Notes: generated from the letters alone by a model not told the origin. A DNA stretch of 64,000 nucleotides from Octopus vulgaris (GCA_951406725.2 OX597833.1:60450001-60514000), one strand, 5' to 3'. Positions 26,924 to 39,480 are shown, counted from the first letter of the stretch. Made by a program: numbers and translations.

Positions 26924-27000
<77 letters not shown>

Positions 27001-28098
27001 CCATTTCATTTTATACTTCAAATGAGTTTTTTTTTTCTACAAACACTCCAATCCCTAATTAACGGTTATTACCCAAAGCGTTGAGTGCAGAGAGTGTTAC
27101 CATCAACGTAAGAGCAACACAACAAATTTCATGGTTAGGGATCCCTCCTTCTTTCCCTCCTCCTCCTCACTAGGACTATTTTTAGGGAGGAGGAGGAGCA
27201 GAACAGAGCCAGTAATTTAGGGAGTGAGTAGGGGTATAGAGTCAGTGAAACAAAATATGAACTGTTGAGGGAGGGAGAGCTAATGGGTGGGTGAATGAGC
27301 GGGTGGGGGACTCGTTTGTGTGGAATTAATAAACTGTCTGATTATAGGGGTGAAACAACCTTACCAATGGGTGGTGGTGATGGTGGTAGTAGTTGTAATA
27401 ATAGTAGTAGTAGTAGTAGAAGTGGTTGTCGTAATAAGAGTAATAGTGGTGGTGGAGGTAGTACTAGCAGTGGTGCTTATTAATAATAGTAGAGGTAGTA
27501 GGAATGATGGCAGTAGCATAGTAGTGGTAATGAAAGTAGTAATTGTAGCAGGTGATAGTAGTAATAGTGGTGGTGATAGAGATCGTGGTGGTGAAGGTAG
27601 TAGTAGTAGTAGTAGTACTAGTAGTAAGAGTTATCTACAACCAGTCCAATCTAGTTTTGTCTAATCCATTGACATAAAAGGTCAGACAACACTGTTCATT
27701 CATAAACTAATCTGTTGTTTACTATTTACAGCTTCCACACCCACAACCATACACCTCCACCACATACAACTACACATACAGGAGCACACACACACACACG
27801 TACATCATTACCTTACTCCCACACATGCTAACCTCCTAGCCTTCCCACACACCTACAATGAACACACCACCTTTCAAACAAACACACAGAGTATACAAAA
27901 CTAAGCGAGTGTATTAATGATACTACAGGTCTCATGTCATTTGATGTGTAGAAGAGTAGTGGTTACCTGGGGTAGGTATGGAGTGCAGTGATGAATGTAA
28001 TAGAGGTAGGTATGGGCTGTAGTGGCGGGTATAATAGTTGTAAATATAGGCTGCAGTAGTTAGGTGTAACAGAAGTAGACATGGGCTATAGTAGAGGG

Positions 28099-28140
<42 letters not shown>

Positions 28141-28405
28141 ACAAAGAGTAAAATTAATTAATTAAGAAGTAATCAATAATTTCACCAAGTAGAATTTGGC
28201 ATGAAAAAAGGACCATTTCATGGTAAACATAATTAATACTTAATAATCTTTGCTGAACCCTAATTATTAAGTATGTGTATATATATATATATATATATCA
28301 TCATTTAATGTCAGTTGTCTATGCTGGCATGGGTTGGACGGTTTGACCAGGGCTGGCAAGCTGTACTAGACTTCATATACACACACACATATATATATAT
28401 ATATA

Positions 28406-28770
28406 CAGGCATGGTTGTGTGGTAAGAACTTGCTACCCTACCACATCATTCCGGGTTCAGTTCCACTGCGTAGTACCTTGGTCAAGTGTCTTCTACTATA
28501 GCCTTGGCCGAACCGAAACCTTGTAAGTGGATTTAGTAGACAGAAACTGAAAGAAGCCCGTCATGTGTATGTGTGTGTCTTTATACCCCAGTACCACTTA
28601 ACGACTGGTGTTGGTGTGTTTATATCCCTGTAACTTAGCCACTTGGCAAAAGAGACTGATAGAATAAGCATTAGGCTAAAGAAAAAAAAATACTAAGGTC
28701 GATTCATTTGACTAAACATTCTTTGAGGTGGTGCTCCCAGCATGGCTGTAGTCTAATAACTGAAACAAGT
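28406..28770 (+). mobile_element. SINE family B1
   Basis: Matches 8355-8768. Confidence 0.85.
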
Positions 28771-28808
28771 GGTACATACATACATAGAGAGGGAGAGATT
28801 ATATACAG

Positions 28809-28854
<46 letters not shown>

Positions 28855-29199
28855 ATATATATAAATGGTTGTTTATATGTTGCGCTGTAAAAAAATTTTT
28901 TACAGTAAACTGAAAGATTACTCAATACATTTTGTAGAGTATATATTTATTTTCGAAGTTTCAGCCTTCTTAGCCTTCATCAGACAGTCCTATATATGGC
29001 TACACAAAGAACACAAATGGGGTTTAACCCTTTCATTACCAACCCGGCTGAAACTGGCTCTTGCTCTGAGTACAAATGTCTTGTTTTCATAAGCTTTGAA
29101 TTAAAATCTTCCACCAAACCTTAGTCACAATTTATGTTCCTAACACTAGCTGAATGATAACTAAGTTATTTTACTAAATTCTTTGTTGATCTGCTGGAA

Positions 29200-30040
29200 G
29201 TGCACACATGACAGAGTATAAGCACCCAGAGAGAAATGTTGGACATAAGAAGCATCAGAAGTGGTGTGCCAGAGAAATGACTGTGCTGGTATGGTCATGT
29301 GCTACGTATGGATAAGGAGAGCTGTGTGAAGATGTGTCACTCCCAAACAATAGAAGGAACCTGTGGAAGAGGGAGACCCAGGAAGACATGGGATGAGGTG
29401 GTGAAGCATGACCTTCGAACATTGGGCCACACAGAGGCAATGACAAAAGACCAAGACCTCTGGAGATATGCTGTGATTGAGAAGACCCGGCAAGGAAAGT
29501 GAGATCACAACCATAGCCTACACCAGTGTCGCATAACCAACCCTTTTAAAAAGTACCTTTGAATTGTTGGGCAACATTCTGTGCTTGAGGAGACCTATTG
29601 AGTCAAGTAAATCAAAATCAAATGGAAATTGTAGTTGTGGCTGTTACCAGTGCTGGTGGCACACAATAAGCAACATTCATTCATGCATAGGTAATTGCCA
29701 GATCCGCCTGACTGGTTCCCCGTGCCAGTGACACGTAAAAAGCACCATCTGAACGAGGTCAATGCCAGCTCCCACTGCCCCGACTGGCTCTTCTGCCAGT
29801 GGCACATAAAAAGCACCATCCAAACGTGGCCAATACCAGTGCCACCTGACTGGTTCCTGTGTCGGTGGTACATAAAAAGCACCCACTACACTTTCGGAGT
29901 GGTTGGCATTAGGAAGGGCATCCAGCTATAGAAACATTGCCAGATCAGATTGAAGCCGGTGCAGCCAACTGGCTTTCCAGTCCCCAGTCAAACCAACCAA
30001 CCCCTGCCAGCATGGAAAACTGACATTAAACAATGAGGAT
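29200..30040 (+). mobile_element. 5'-truncated RTE LINE (ORF C-terminus plus complete 3' UTR)
   Basis: LCWYGHVLRMDKESCVKMC...GTCGRGRPRKTWDEVVKHDL...LWRYAV, stop at 29502, then the tandem-repeat UTR and family C tail. Confidence 0.9.
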
Positions 30041-31129
30041 TTAGAGTAATCGAAAGAAACACAGAGCATCTCAAAACAAAATACAGTAACGTAACAAAAT
30101 GGTTAAAATTTCTTTTTCATACCTACACTGCCCCTAGAACAAATCCCAAATCAGATCTACAATTAGATTTGGTACTTACAATATCCTACCAACAAATGAC
30201 ACCTTCATGGCTGGTTTACCTCACAGTGAACCCGATATTATTGTACCTAGCTATTTCTGGTATCCTATGTATTGATAGGTGAGAGGGGTTAATAAATTTC
30301 CTTAAAGCACAATTACATCACACTGAATCATCATCCTTCATGCAATCAATTTAAACAAACAGCATCGTCTCTAGTGGCAGATTGAACCTGTAATGTTAGA
30401 TCCACAGACTCACATAACAGTGGAAGGAAGGGGTAGTTTGCTGAGTGGTAGCAGTGGTGCTAGTGGTAGTTATGATGATGATGATGGTGGTGGTGATGAT
30501 ATAGTTAGTAATTGTGATGTTGAAAGAGACAGACTACTGAGAATCCAACATCAATTTCAATTACCAGGAAGGAAAAATATTTCTTTGTATTTGAATCATT
30601 AATGGATTGGTAGAATTAATTAATTAACTGACCTATAAACTTATGTGCCATTATGTTCTGAGTTCAAATCTCACTAGGGTTAACTTTGACTTTTAAGGTC
30701 TACCACTACCCTCTAGAAAACTTATGGCCCTTGCATTTGTATGTTGTCGTTATTGTCTAATCTGAGCATGCTCGTGTAGGCCTTGGAAGGACAGATTGGA
30801 GAAGGCAGTTGCCCTTGGTAGTTCAGGGTGATCCAAGTTTTGTAGGGTTTCCTTGATAGACCCTACATAGATGTTCCATTATAAGGAGAAATTTATCTGT
30901 TGAAATTTTATTGCTAGCTTTGTTATTAATTTTTGTGTCTTGGGGCTAATAAAGAAAATATTATTATTATTATTATATATTAAGGTAACAAGCTGACAGA
31001 TTACATAGACATGGGTTAATGTAATGAACCAGCTCCTCTCCTCATCCAAATTTCAGGCTTTATGCCTATAGTAGAAAGGATGATTATTATTATTATTATT
31101 ATTATTAATCATGATCATCATTATTATTA

Positions 31130-31680
31130 AGAAGGTGGCAAGCTGGTAGAATAGTTAGCACTCCAAACAAAATGTTTAGCAACATTTCTTTCAGTTTTAC
31201 ATCCTGAGTTCAAATTTGCCTTTCAACCTTTCGAGATCAATGAAGTACCAGTTAAGCACCAGGATTAGGGGTGCAGGGGACACTGTAATCAACTAGGTTC
31301 CTCCCAAAAAATTTCAGGCGTTGCACCTACAGTAGAAAGGATTATTATTAAGGCAGCAAGCTGGCAGAACTGTAAAAAGTATCATAAAATGTTTTGCAGC
31401 ATCTGTTCCAACTCCTTATATCCCAACAGGGTCAACTTTTGCGTCTCAACCACTCAAAAGGCAATAAGGTGCCAGTCAATAACTGGAGGTTGATGGTATC
31501 AACTAACCATCGCCCACTTGAAATTTTTGAGCTTGTGCTAAAATTAGGCAGTGAAGGGGCAGAATCATTACAGCATCAGACAAAATGCTACGCTGCATTC
31601 CTTCTTGCTCTTTACATTCAAATTCCACCAAAGTCAAACTTACTTTCCACCCATTCAGGGTCAATGAAATAATGATATCA
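31130..31680 (+). mobile_element. Three degraded family A-like SINEs in tandem
   Basis: Repeated ggcaagctggYagaa...gagttcaaat...cctttc..ggtcaat...agtaccag remnants. Confidence 0.6.
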
Positions 31681-31768
31681 ATCACATGTTAGAAACCAAT
31701 ACAATCAACTAACTCTTCTTCCAAACTGCTGGCCTTGTAAAGGACGTACATGTGCTAGGAGGAACCCT

Positions 31769-32082
31769 TGTGAAGGAGCACGGCTCAATGGTTAGAGCAT
31801 CAGGCTCACAATCACAAGGTAGTGAGTTCGATTCTTGGACTGGGCTGTGTGTTGTGTTCTTGAGCAAGACACTATTTCACACAGCTGCAGTTCAACATCA
31901 CTGGTGCCAAGCTGTATCAGCCTTTGCCATCCCTTTGGATAACATCGGTGGCATGGATAGGGGAGGCTGGTATGCATGGGCGACTGCTGGTCTTCCATAA
32001 ACAACCTTGCCCAGACTAGAGCCACAAGGGTAACTTCCTAGGTGCAATCCCATAGTCATTCATGACCAAAAGGAGTCTCCAC
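31769..32082 (+). mobile_element. tRNA-derived SINE family D
   Basis: Head ggctcaatggttagagc...gagttcgattc. 14-bp TSD CTAGGAGGAACCCT at 31755-31768 and 32083-32096. Confidence 0.88.
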
Positions 32083-33464
32083 CTAGGAGGAACCCTCAGC
32101 AATGATAAGGACTAGGATCTAAAACAAGTGCAAGGGGGTTCTATCATAGTTGTGCTTTGTTCATATTTAAGGGCTACGAAGTGCAGCAATTGGGAGTGTG
32201 CTATAGCTGGAAATCAAAGCTAAAGGTTACCAGACACTCAGTACTGTCCCACAGCACTCATCATCAAATCTTTGTCATGGACTCCTCTCTAACTTGAGTA
32301 AATTATCTACCTGGTGGAGGGGTGATGAGATGGGCTGTTTAATACAGTAGATCTAATGGCAAGGTGGGTCAACATAACTCATGGAACCATGTCAAGTACC
32401 AAGTACTAGAGTAGCTTATCTTTTCAACTGTCCTCTTCTGGTCCACAAGCTACCAAGACAGTATTGCCACAGTTACCAGTAGTGAGTTACTACTTCTATC
32501 TTATACTACCTACCTATTTATAGCCAAATGGTCTGAGCTATTCCAGAGTTTAGTTTAATGGCCACAGACACACTATAGTGCTACCATCAATCATTTGCAC
32601 ACTGCCACTGTTATAACCAAACCACTACTTACTCCAACCACAGAAGAAACATCTGTAGGTCACCTAAATTCTCATGAAATGAGAATGCTAATGGCAAACG
32701 AGTGACGTAGGAAATGGACACACACACACACACACATTGTAATCACCACCATCCCTAAGACTATGGTCATTGAGTCCAGTAATAATTAACCTATAATTGC
32801 TAAGTCGAAAAATGAGTAAAAATCTCAAAGGGCCAGTGTAGTCGGTCAGCACTCCTGACAAAACAGTTCATGTGATATGCTGACATTTCCATGTTGATCA
32901 TGTGATATCTTGACATTCTACTAGGTTGGTCATGTAATAACATGTAATAAAGAGGATTTAAACTTGTTTATTCAAGTTTAATATATGATGATATATATAT
33001 AGGTTTTTATTGGACTGTTGTGGTCAGTCAGTACTCCTGAGTAACCAATGGATAATATGTCGTCATTGGAGTAGGGCAAACAGTACAACCGTACTCCTAC
33101 ACATCTACATGCAGTCATGTGACACATGAAGTTTACGTATCTTCAATGAATCATCAAGGTGGCTAACGGAACTGAAAGTGGAGCACCCATGACATAAAAA
33201 AACCAACTGCGAGCACTAGTACATTTGTGAATGTGTGGGTTTGCACCCACACCTTTATTAAGGTCAGTATGTCACTGTCTGTCTAAATAACCATGAAAAA
33301 AAATCCAGCAGTGTTGTAAGAAATAGGAAGTTATCTTATGACCCAATAATATCAAACATGTAATATAGTTACTGTGTTCCCTGAGTTGACATTATAACAA
33401 GTGGCTTAAGATAAAACAGATGCAGTATCAACACACATTAAAGTTTGAATGAATGTGTGTGTGT

Positions 33465-33773
33465 GTGTGTGGTAAGTAGCTTGCTTACCAGCCACATGGT
33501 CCCGGGTTCAGTCCCACTGTGTGGCACCTTGGGCAAGTGTCTTCTACTACAGGCTCGGGCTGACCAAAGCCTTGTGAGTGGATTTGGTAGACGGAAACTG
33601 AAGGAAGCTCGTTGTATATGTATATGTTTGTGTGTTTACGTCCCCATAACTTAGCAATTCAGCAAAAGAGACTGATAGAATAAGCACAAGGCTTACAAAG
33701 AATAAGTCCTGGGGTCAATTTGTTCGACTAAAGGCAGTGCTCCAGCATGGCCACAGTCAAATGACAAACAAAT

Positions 33774-33775
<2 letters not shown>
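33465..33775 (+). mobile_element. SINE family B1
   Basis: Matches 8355-8768 with an internal deletion. Confidence 0.85.
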
Positions 33776-33824
<49 letters not shown>

Positions 33825-33837
33825 GTATATATATATA

Positions 33838-34210
33838 TTGCTTCTTTCAGTCATTAGACGGTGGCCATGCTGGGGCACCCACATGAAGAATCTTAGTTGG
33901 ATGAATTGACTTCAGTACTTTTGCTTTTAAAGTCTGGTACTTATTCCATCAGTCTATTTTGCTGAACAGCTAAGTTACAGGAACATAAACACAGCAACAC
34001 CAGTTGTCAAACGGTGTTGAAGAACAAACAAGGACACACATTAATACAACGGGCTTCTTTCAGTTTCCATCAACCAAATCCACTGACAAGGCTTTGGTCG
34101 GTCGGAGGCTATTACAGAAGACACTTGCCAAAGATGCAGCCAGGAAGTGAGACTGAACCTAGAACCATGTGGTTGGGAAGCAAACATTTTACTACACAGC
34201 TACCCATGCA
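33838..34210 (-). mobile_element. SINE family B1 (tail-to-tail with previous copy)
   Basis: Reverse-complement match to family B1. Confidence 0.8.
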
Positions 34211-34219
34211 CCTATATAT

Positions 34220-34500
34220 ATCATCATCATCATCATCGTTTAACATCCGTTCTCCATGCTAGCATGGGTTGGACGGTTCGACCGGGGATCTGGGAAGCCA
34301 GAAGGCTGCACCAGGCTCCAGTCTTATCTGGCAATGTTTCTACAGCTGGATGCCCTTCCTAACGCCAACCACTCCGTGAGTGTAGTGGGTGCTTTTTACG
34401 TGCCACCTGCACAGGTGCTAGGCGAGGCTGGCAACGGCCACGGTCGGATTGGTGTATTTTACGTGCCACCGGCACGGAAGCCAGTCGAGGTGGCGCTGGC
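34220..34500 (-). mobile_element. RTE 3' UTR fragment (family C)
   Basis: (CAT)n cgtttaacatccgttctccatgctagcatggg... Confidence 0.82.
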
Positions 34501-34578
34501 ATGTATAAAACAATCAGACACTGAAAGATGGATAAATTAGACACTTGGGTGAATGAGTTTAATTCTTGTTTATTACAT

Positions 34579-35035
34579 TTCTATATTCAAGAGATGAGGA
34601 ATTATGTACATTATTTACATTCGATGGATATTTGTCCTCATCTTGTTTGTTGTTAACACAACGTTTTGGCTGATATACCCTCCAACTTTCTTCAGGTGTC
34701 TTGGGGGAAATTTCAAACCTGGGTTCTCATTCCTAATGTATTTTTCGATGTTATTATTATTATTGTTGTTGTTATTGTTCAGGTCACTGCTTGGAATCGA
34801 ACTCAGAATCTTGGGGTTGGTAGCCTGCGCTCTTAACCACTACATGGCATAGTGGTTAAGAGCACAAGCTATTAACCCCAAAGATTCCAAGTTCGATTCC
34901 AAGCAGTGAGACCTGAACAATAATAATAGCAACAACAACAACATCAAAAAATACCTTAGGAATGAGAACCCAGGTTCAAAATTTCCCCAAGACACCTGAA
35001 GAAGATGAGGACAAATATCTGTCCAATGTAAATAA
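34579..35035. mobile_element. Palindromic head-to-head insertion of a tRNA-headed element with Penelope-like hammerhead tail
   Basis: Arms ~34610-34842 and 34850-35036 are reverse complements. A box tggcatagtgg and B box agttcgattcc. 13-bp TSD TTGTTTATTACAT at 34566-34578 and 35036-35048. Confidence 0.8.
34655..34700 (-). ncRNA. Degenerate minimal type I hammerhead ribozyme motif
   Basis: GACAC-CTGAAGA-aagttg(gagggtatat)cagcc-AAAAC-GTT-GTGTT. Stem I pairs fully; G12 of GAAA is A. Confidence 0.55.
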
Positions 35036-36870
35036 TTGTTTATTACATGACCAACATTGTGACATCACATGACTAACACAGAGGAGTGTCACCATATCAC
35101 ATGACGAACTCGAACTGTATTGATAACGAGGAGTTGGAAGGTTTAGAGCAATGTGTCTGGTATATTTATCTCAACTGCCAGACACTGGACTTGAACCGGC
35201 CATCTAGATGTTACCATTATGAAGCACAGAATTAAGAGGAACGGTCATACAGCAGATCCTCAATAAAAGTTTGATCTCATAAAGAAACCATGCAGGAGTT
35301 AGAAGGTCCCACCCAGATACCAGGTTTCAAAATGGAGAGTAAATTAGGATTGAAATAAACAGAGAAACGAAAATATTATGCACGAGAGTTGGAATTCATC
35401 AAAGCTTGACTTCCTTCATCCTTCGTCTTGTAAATAATCCAACATCACCAGCACCAACACCACCATCGTCACCGTCACCATATTCACTGCAGGACTATTT
35501 CTTACCGAAATCGACACCCCAAGACATTTTAGAATTTGAACCAGTTCTGTGATTAGTTACTTTATGTGACCCTGATTCCAACATTCCATCCTAAACACAC
35601 TCTCCTCTCTCTAATTCCTCTCCCCTTCACCCTATCAGCACCAAACACAAGAGCAGTCTGTGTCTAGAAACCATCTTCAACAGGTCATCAATGCCAGCTG
35701 TAACAGCGGACGTCTATCTATAGTTGTGAAGATCTCATAGAAACTGTGCTTACATAACCCACAAGGAAAAAAAAATATAAAATATATATATTACATGGTC
35801 TACTCGCTTGTGTTTTGCCTGGTTGCTCCTGCTTGATGATGTAACCAGCTTCACTTGTAAACAGCTGATGAGGAAAATGAACAACAACAACAACAATAAT
35901 AATAGTATTAAAAAAAAAAATTCACTTCAACAGGAGTGTTAAAGTTGGCCAATGTTTTCAAAATTCTAATAGCTTGCAAAGGTTATTGAAATAGCCTTGA
36001 CTAGAGCTGGTGCTGGGACACAAGAGAAATGGTGAACACTTGCAGCAAAAATACATATAGTTTCACACATCTACATATATATATATACACATATGCATGT
36101 ATACATGTGTATACATAAACATGTATGTATAAAACAAGAGTGAAATAATTGCAAATACTGGAGAGAAATATCAGTTTTCTAACTGAAGTAATGTTGAGAA
36201 TGTGACAGTCTCTGGAGAGAAATTGTCATAGGGCAAATAGTTTGAGGGAGGAGGAAAAGAGAAGGAGAGAGAGAGAGAGAGAGAGCGCCGCAGAGAATAC
36301 AAGAGTGTTGAAGTAAATATATACTGATAAGAAATAGAGATATGGTCACAGCTCACCACCATCTAGTCAACCATTGGATGTTATGTCTCAAACCTTAAAC
36401 AGTAGAGGACTTTAAAATAACATTACTGATAGTCACCGAAAACATAGAGATACACATAGAAATGGCAGCAGATTCCTCAGCAGTGACCAATGGAATTTGC
36501 CTGAAATCAGTAGAAGTATTCAAAGACAAACTCTCGAGATTAATTGTGGTTCTTTGAGAGATTACTGGCAGGCAGGCGGGAGCTGTTTGTTTGAAACTCA
36601 AGTCTCCAAGTTCATTTATACTAAATGTTCGAAGTTTCTCAGAGTCTTGACTAAACAATTTGATCACATGATACCATTACTATCTCAACTGCTGTCTCTC
36701 CTACACCCACACATTACCCCACCCACCCACCCACCCATTCACAGTGTCAGAGCAAGAAACTTGTCAACAATATTTGTATTCATTCAGTGAACTCTGACAA
36801 ACACAAAATAAAAGAAGACCAGAACACACAAAGAATTTAAGAAGAATTGTGTACATGTGTTAGTTATAGC

Positions 36871-37068
36871 CTTTTACTTGTTTCAGTCATTTAACTGCGG
36901 CCATGCTGGAGCACTGCCTTTAGTTAAATCAACCCCAGGACCTATCATTTGTAAGTCTAGTACTTATTCTATTGGTCTCTTATGCTAAGCCACTAAGGTA
37001 CGGGTACGTAAACACACCAACATCGGTTATCAAACAATGGGGGAGGAGACAAACAGACACACACACAC

Positions 37069-37113
<45 letters not shown>

Positions 37114-37280
37114 GTACGTACGATGGGCTTCTTTCAGTTTCTGTCTACCAAATCCACTCACAAGGCTTTGGTTGGCCCAAGGTTATAGTAAAAGACGCTT
37201 GCCCAAGGTGCCATACAGTGGAACTGAACCCAGAACCCTGTTGTTAGGAAGCAAGCTTCTTACCACATAGTCACTCCTGC
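36871..37280 (-). mobile_element. SINE family B1
   Basis: Reverse-complement match to 8355-8768. Confidence 0.85.
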
Positions 37281-37322
37281 TATGTGGTAACACAAGTAGG
37301 GTTCAAGTTTTGAAACACCTTG

Positions 37323-37363
37323 TGTTCTTACGTTTCGACCCGTTCTGGGTCTCTTCAGGTACA
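37323..37363 (-). ncRNA. Minimal type I hammerhead ribozyme motif (core intact)
   Basis: tgtac-CTGAAGA-GACCC(agaac)GGGTC-GAAAC-GTA-agaaca: perfect 5-bp stem II and intact core; stem I imperfect. Confidence 0.6.
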
Positions 37364-39049
37364 TCAATAAAAAGTCTCACTAGAGATTTCTTGAGTCAGC
37401 TAACGTACCGCTATATATATATCTGCGTCGCTTGCTGTCGGGAGTTTGTCTCCCTTGTCAGTCATTAGAAAAGTGCTTCCCCATGGCTTTAGTAATGTCT
37501 ATACTTGTGCCTTTTGGTTGCAGATTGTGAATAAGCCACCTTAATAATTTATATAGATAGATGAGTGCATATATGCATACTTACAGCATAAAAACCAACA
37601 AATGACAACTTTAAGTTGCTCCAACACATAGCAGGCTCAGTACCCAGCCTATCCTGGCATCCTACTTGTTGAAATATCTAGATTGTAACAAACTTTGCAA
37701 CTGACCTCTATGTGTATGTGTATTTGCATCAGGAAGGGTATCCAACTGTAGAAATCATGCCAAAGCATGACAGTGCAGTTTGGCATAGTCTTCTCACTTG
37801 CCAGCTCCTGTCAAACCAGCTAACCAAGCCAGCATAGAAAGCGGATGTTAAATGAAGATAATTATATTGTTTATTTTCTATGGTTTGTTCCATGCTAGCA
37901 TACGTTAGACATTTCAATGAGGCATTCTTTTTACAGTTGGCTGTCCCACCTGTCACTAACCCTTTACTTGCTTCGAATGCACAAAGTCAGCGATGACTCA
38001 TTATCAAAAAAGAGATGACAACATCACCACCTGTACCAGGGCAGGGCAGTTTTTTTTAGCATTGTAAATGTAAACAAACATGCACGCATACTTATGTGTG
38101 TGCACATGTATGTGTGTCCATCATTGTTTAACGTCCATCTTCCATACATGCATGAATGGGTAGGACGGATGAGAGGAACCAGCCAGGTAGAAAAACTACC
38201 CTAGGCTACAGTGTCTGTTTTGGCATGGATTTTACAGCTGGATGCCCTTCCTAACACCAACCACTCTGCAGAGTGGATTCGGTGCTTTTTACATAGCACT
38301 AGCTCAGGTGAGGTTAGTTTTGGCATGATATTTACAGCTGATTGCCCTTCCAAATGCCAACCATGTTACAGTATGGAATGGATGCTTTTAACGTGGCACC
38401 AACACTGGCAGGGTAACCAAGTTAACTCACAAGACAAGGAATTATGAGAGGGGCTGGGCATTTGAGGAGGGGAACTTGTGTCAGAGGATGAAAGATTAGA
38501 TTGTGACAAAGAGACAGAAGCAGCTATCTTGCCCCAAAAGAGGGGGTATTAGAGGAGGTGATCCAGTATCAAATGATGAATGGTTAGAGTGTAACATAGA
38601 AATAGAGAGGCAGAAATAGGGGTCTTGCTTTAGAGGAGGTACATGGTTAGAGAAAGAGGACAGAAACAAGTGTGCTGATGTAAAGGAGATACTAGGTTAC
38701 TTAGTCCGAGGAAAAATAGGAGGAGAGCGAGAGTAGGAAAAAGTAAAAGTGTGAGTGAGAGTAGAAGCAAGATGATGTAATGCTAGGGTATACTCACAAG
38801 TAAGAGGAATATGAGCGTTGAACCTGGTTAGAAAAATAGGGTGTGGGTGTTGGGGGTGTGAGGATCAGCGATACAGTGAGCAGGGCAGCGAGGGCAAGAA
38901 ATGGGATTGGAAAACAATCTTGATTTATGAAGAGGAAATGGGAGGAAGAGAAAGATGCAGTCAGAAGAGGAGTTGTAGTTTGATCTCTTTGGGTAGAATG
39001 GGTGAAAAGGGTGTTGTTACATATGAGTGAAACAACTCTTCTGAGTTTC

Positions 39050-39480
39050 ATAGACTGGTCTCCTCTAGAACCTCATATCACCAAACATCCCAGTCCACTG
39101 TCATTTCCTCTGTGAGCCCCAACATGTTAAGATCAGTCCCCCACCACTTCCTCCCATGTTTTCCTGGGTCTCCCTCTTTCACAGGCACCCTCTACTTCCA
39201 GCAACAGGCACTTTTGTATACAGCTGTCTTCACTCATATGCATCACATGTCCAAACCAACACATTCTCCTCTCCTCTATACCATATTTAACCCCTCTTGA
39301 GCCCAGCTTTTCTCTCAACACAGTTGTACTTTGTCGGTCATGCACTCTGATGTTGCAAATCCAATGAAGCATACTACCTTCGCTCCTCTCCAGCTTACGC
39401 ATGTCCTCCGCAGTCAGAGCCCATGTCTCACTACCATGTAACATAGCCATTCTCATACAAGTGTCATACAATCTATATGA
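39050..39480 (-). mobile_element. RTE LINE ORF C-terminal fragment
   Basis: MLHGSETWALTAEDMRKLER...WFGHVMHM...RGRPRKTWEEVV. A family C-type UTR lies at ~38120-38420 on the same strand. Confidence 0.9.

Noticed and set aside
36395-36790. Non-repetitive 90-97 aa ORFs on both strands
   Set aside because: No recognisable domain or convincing splice sites; length expected by chance.
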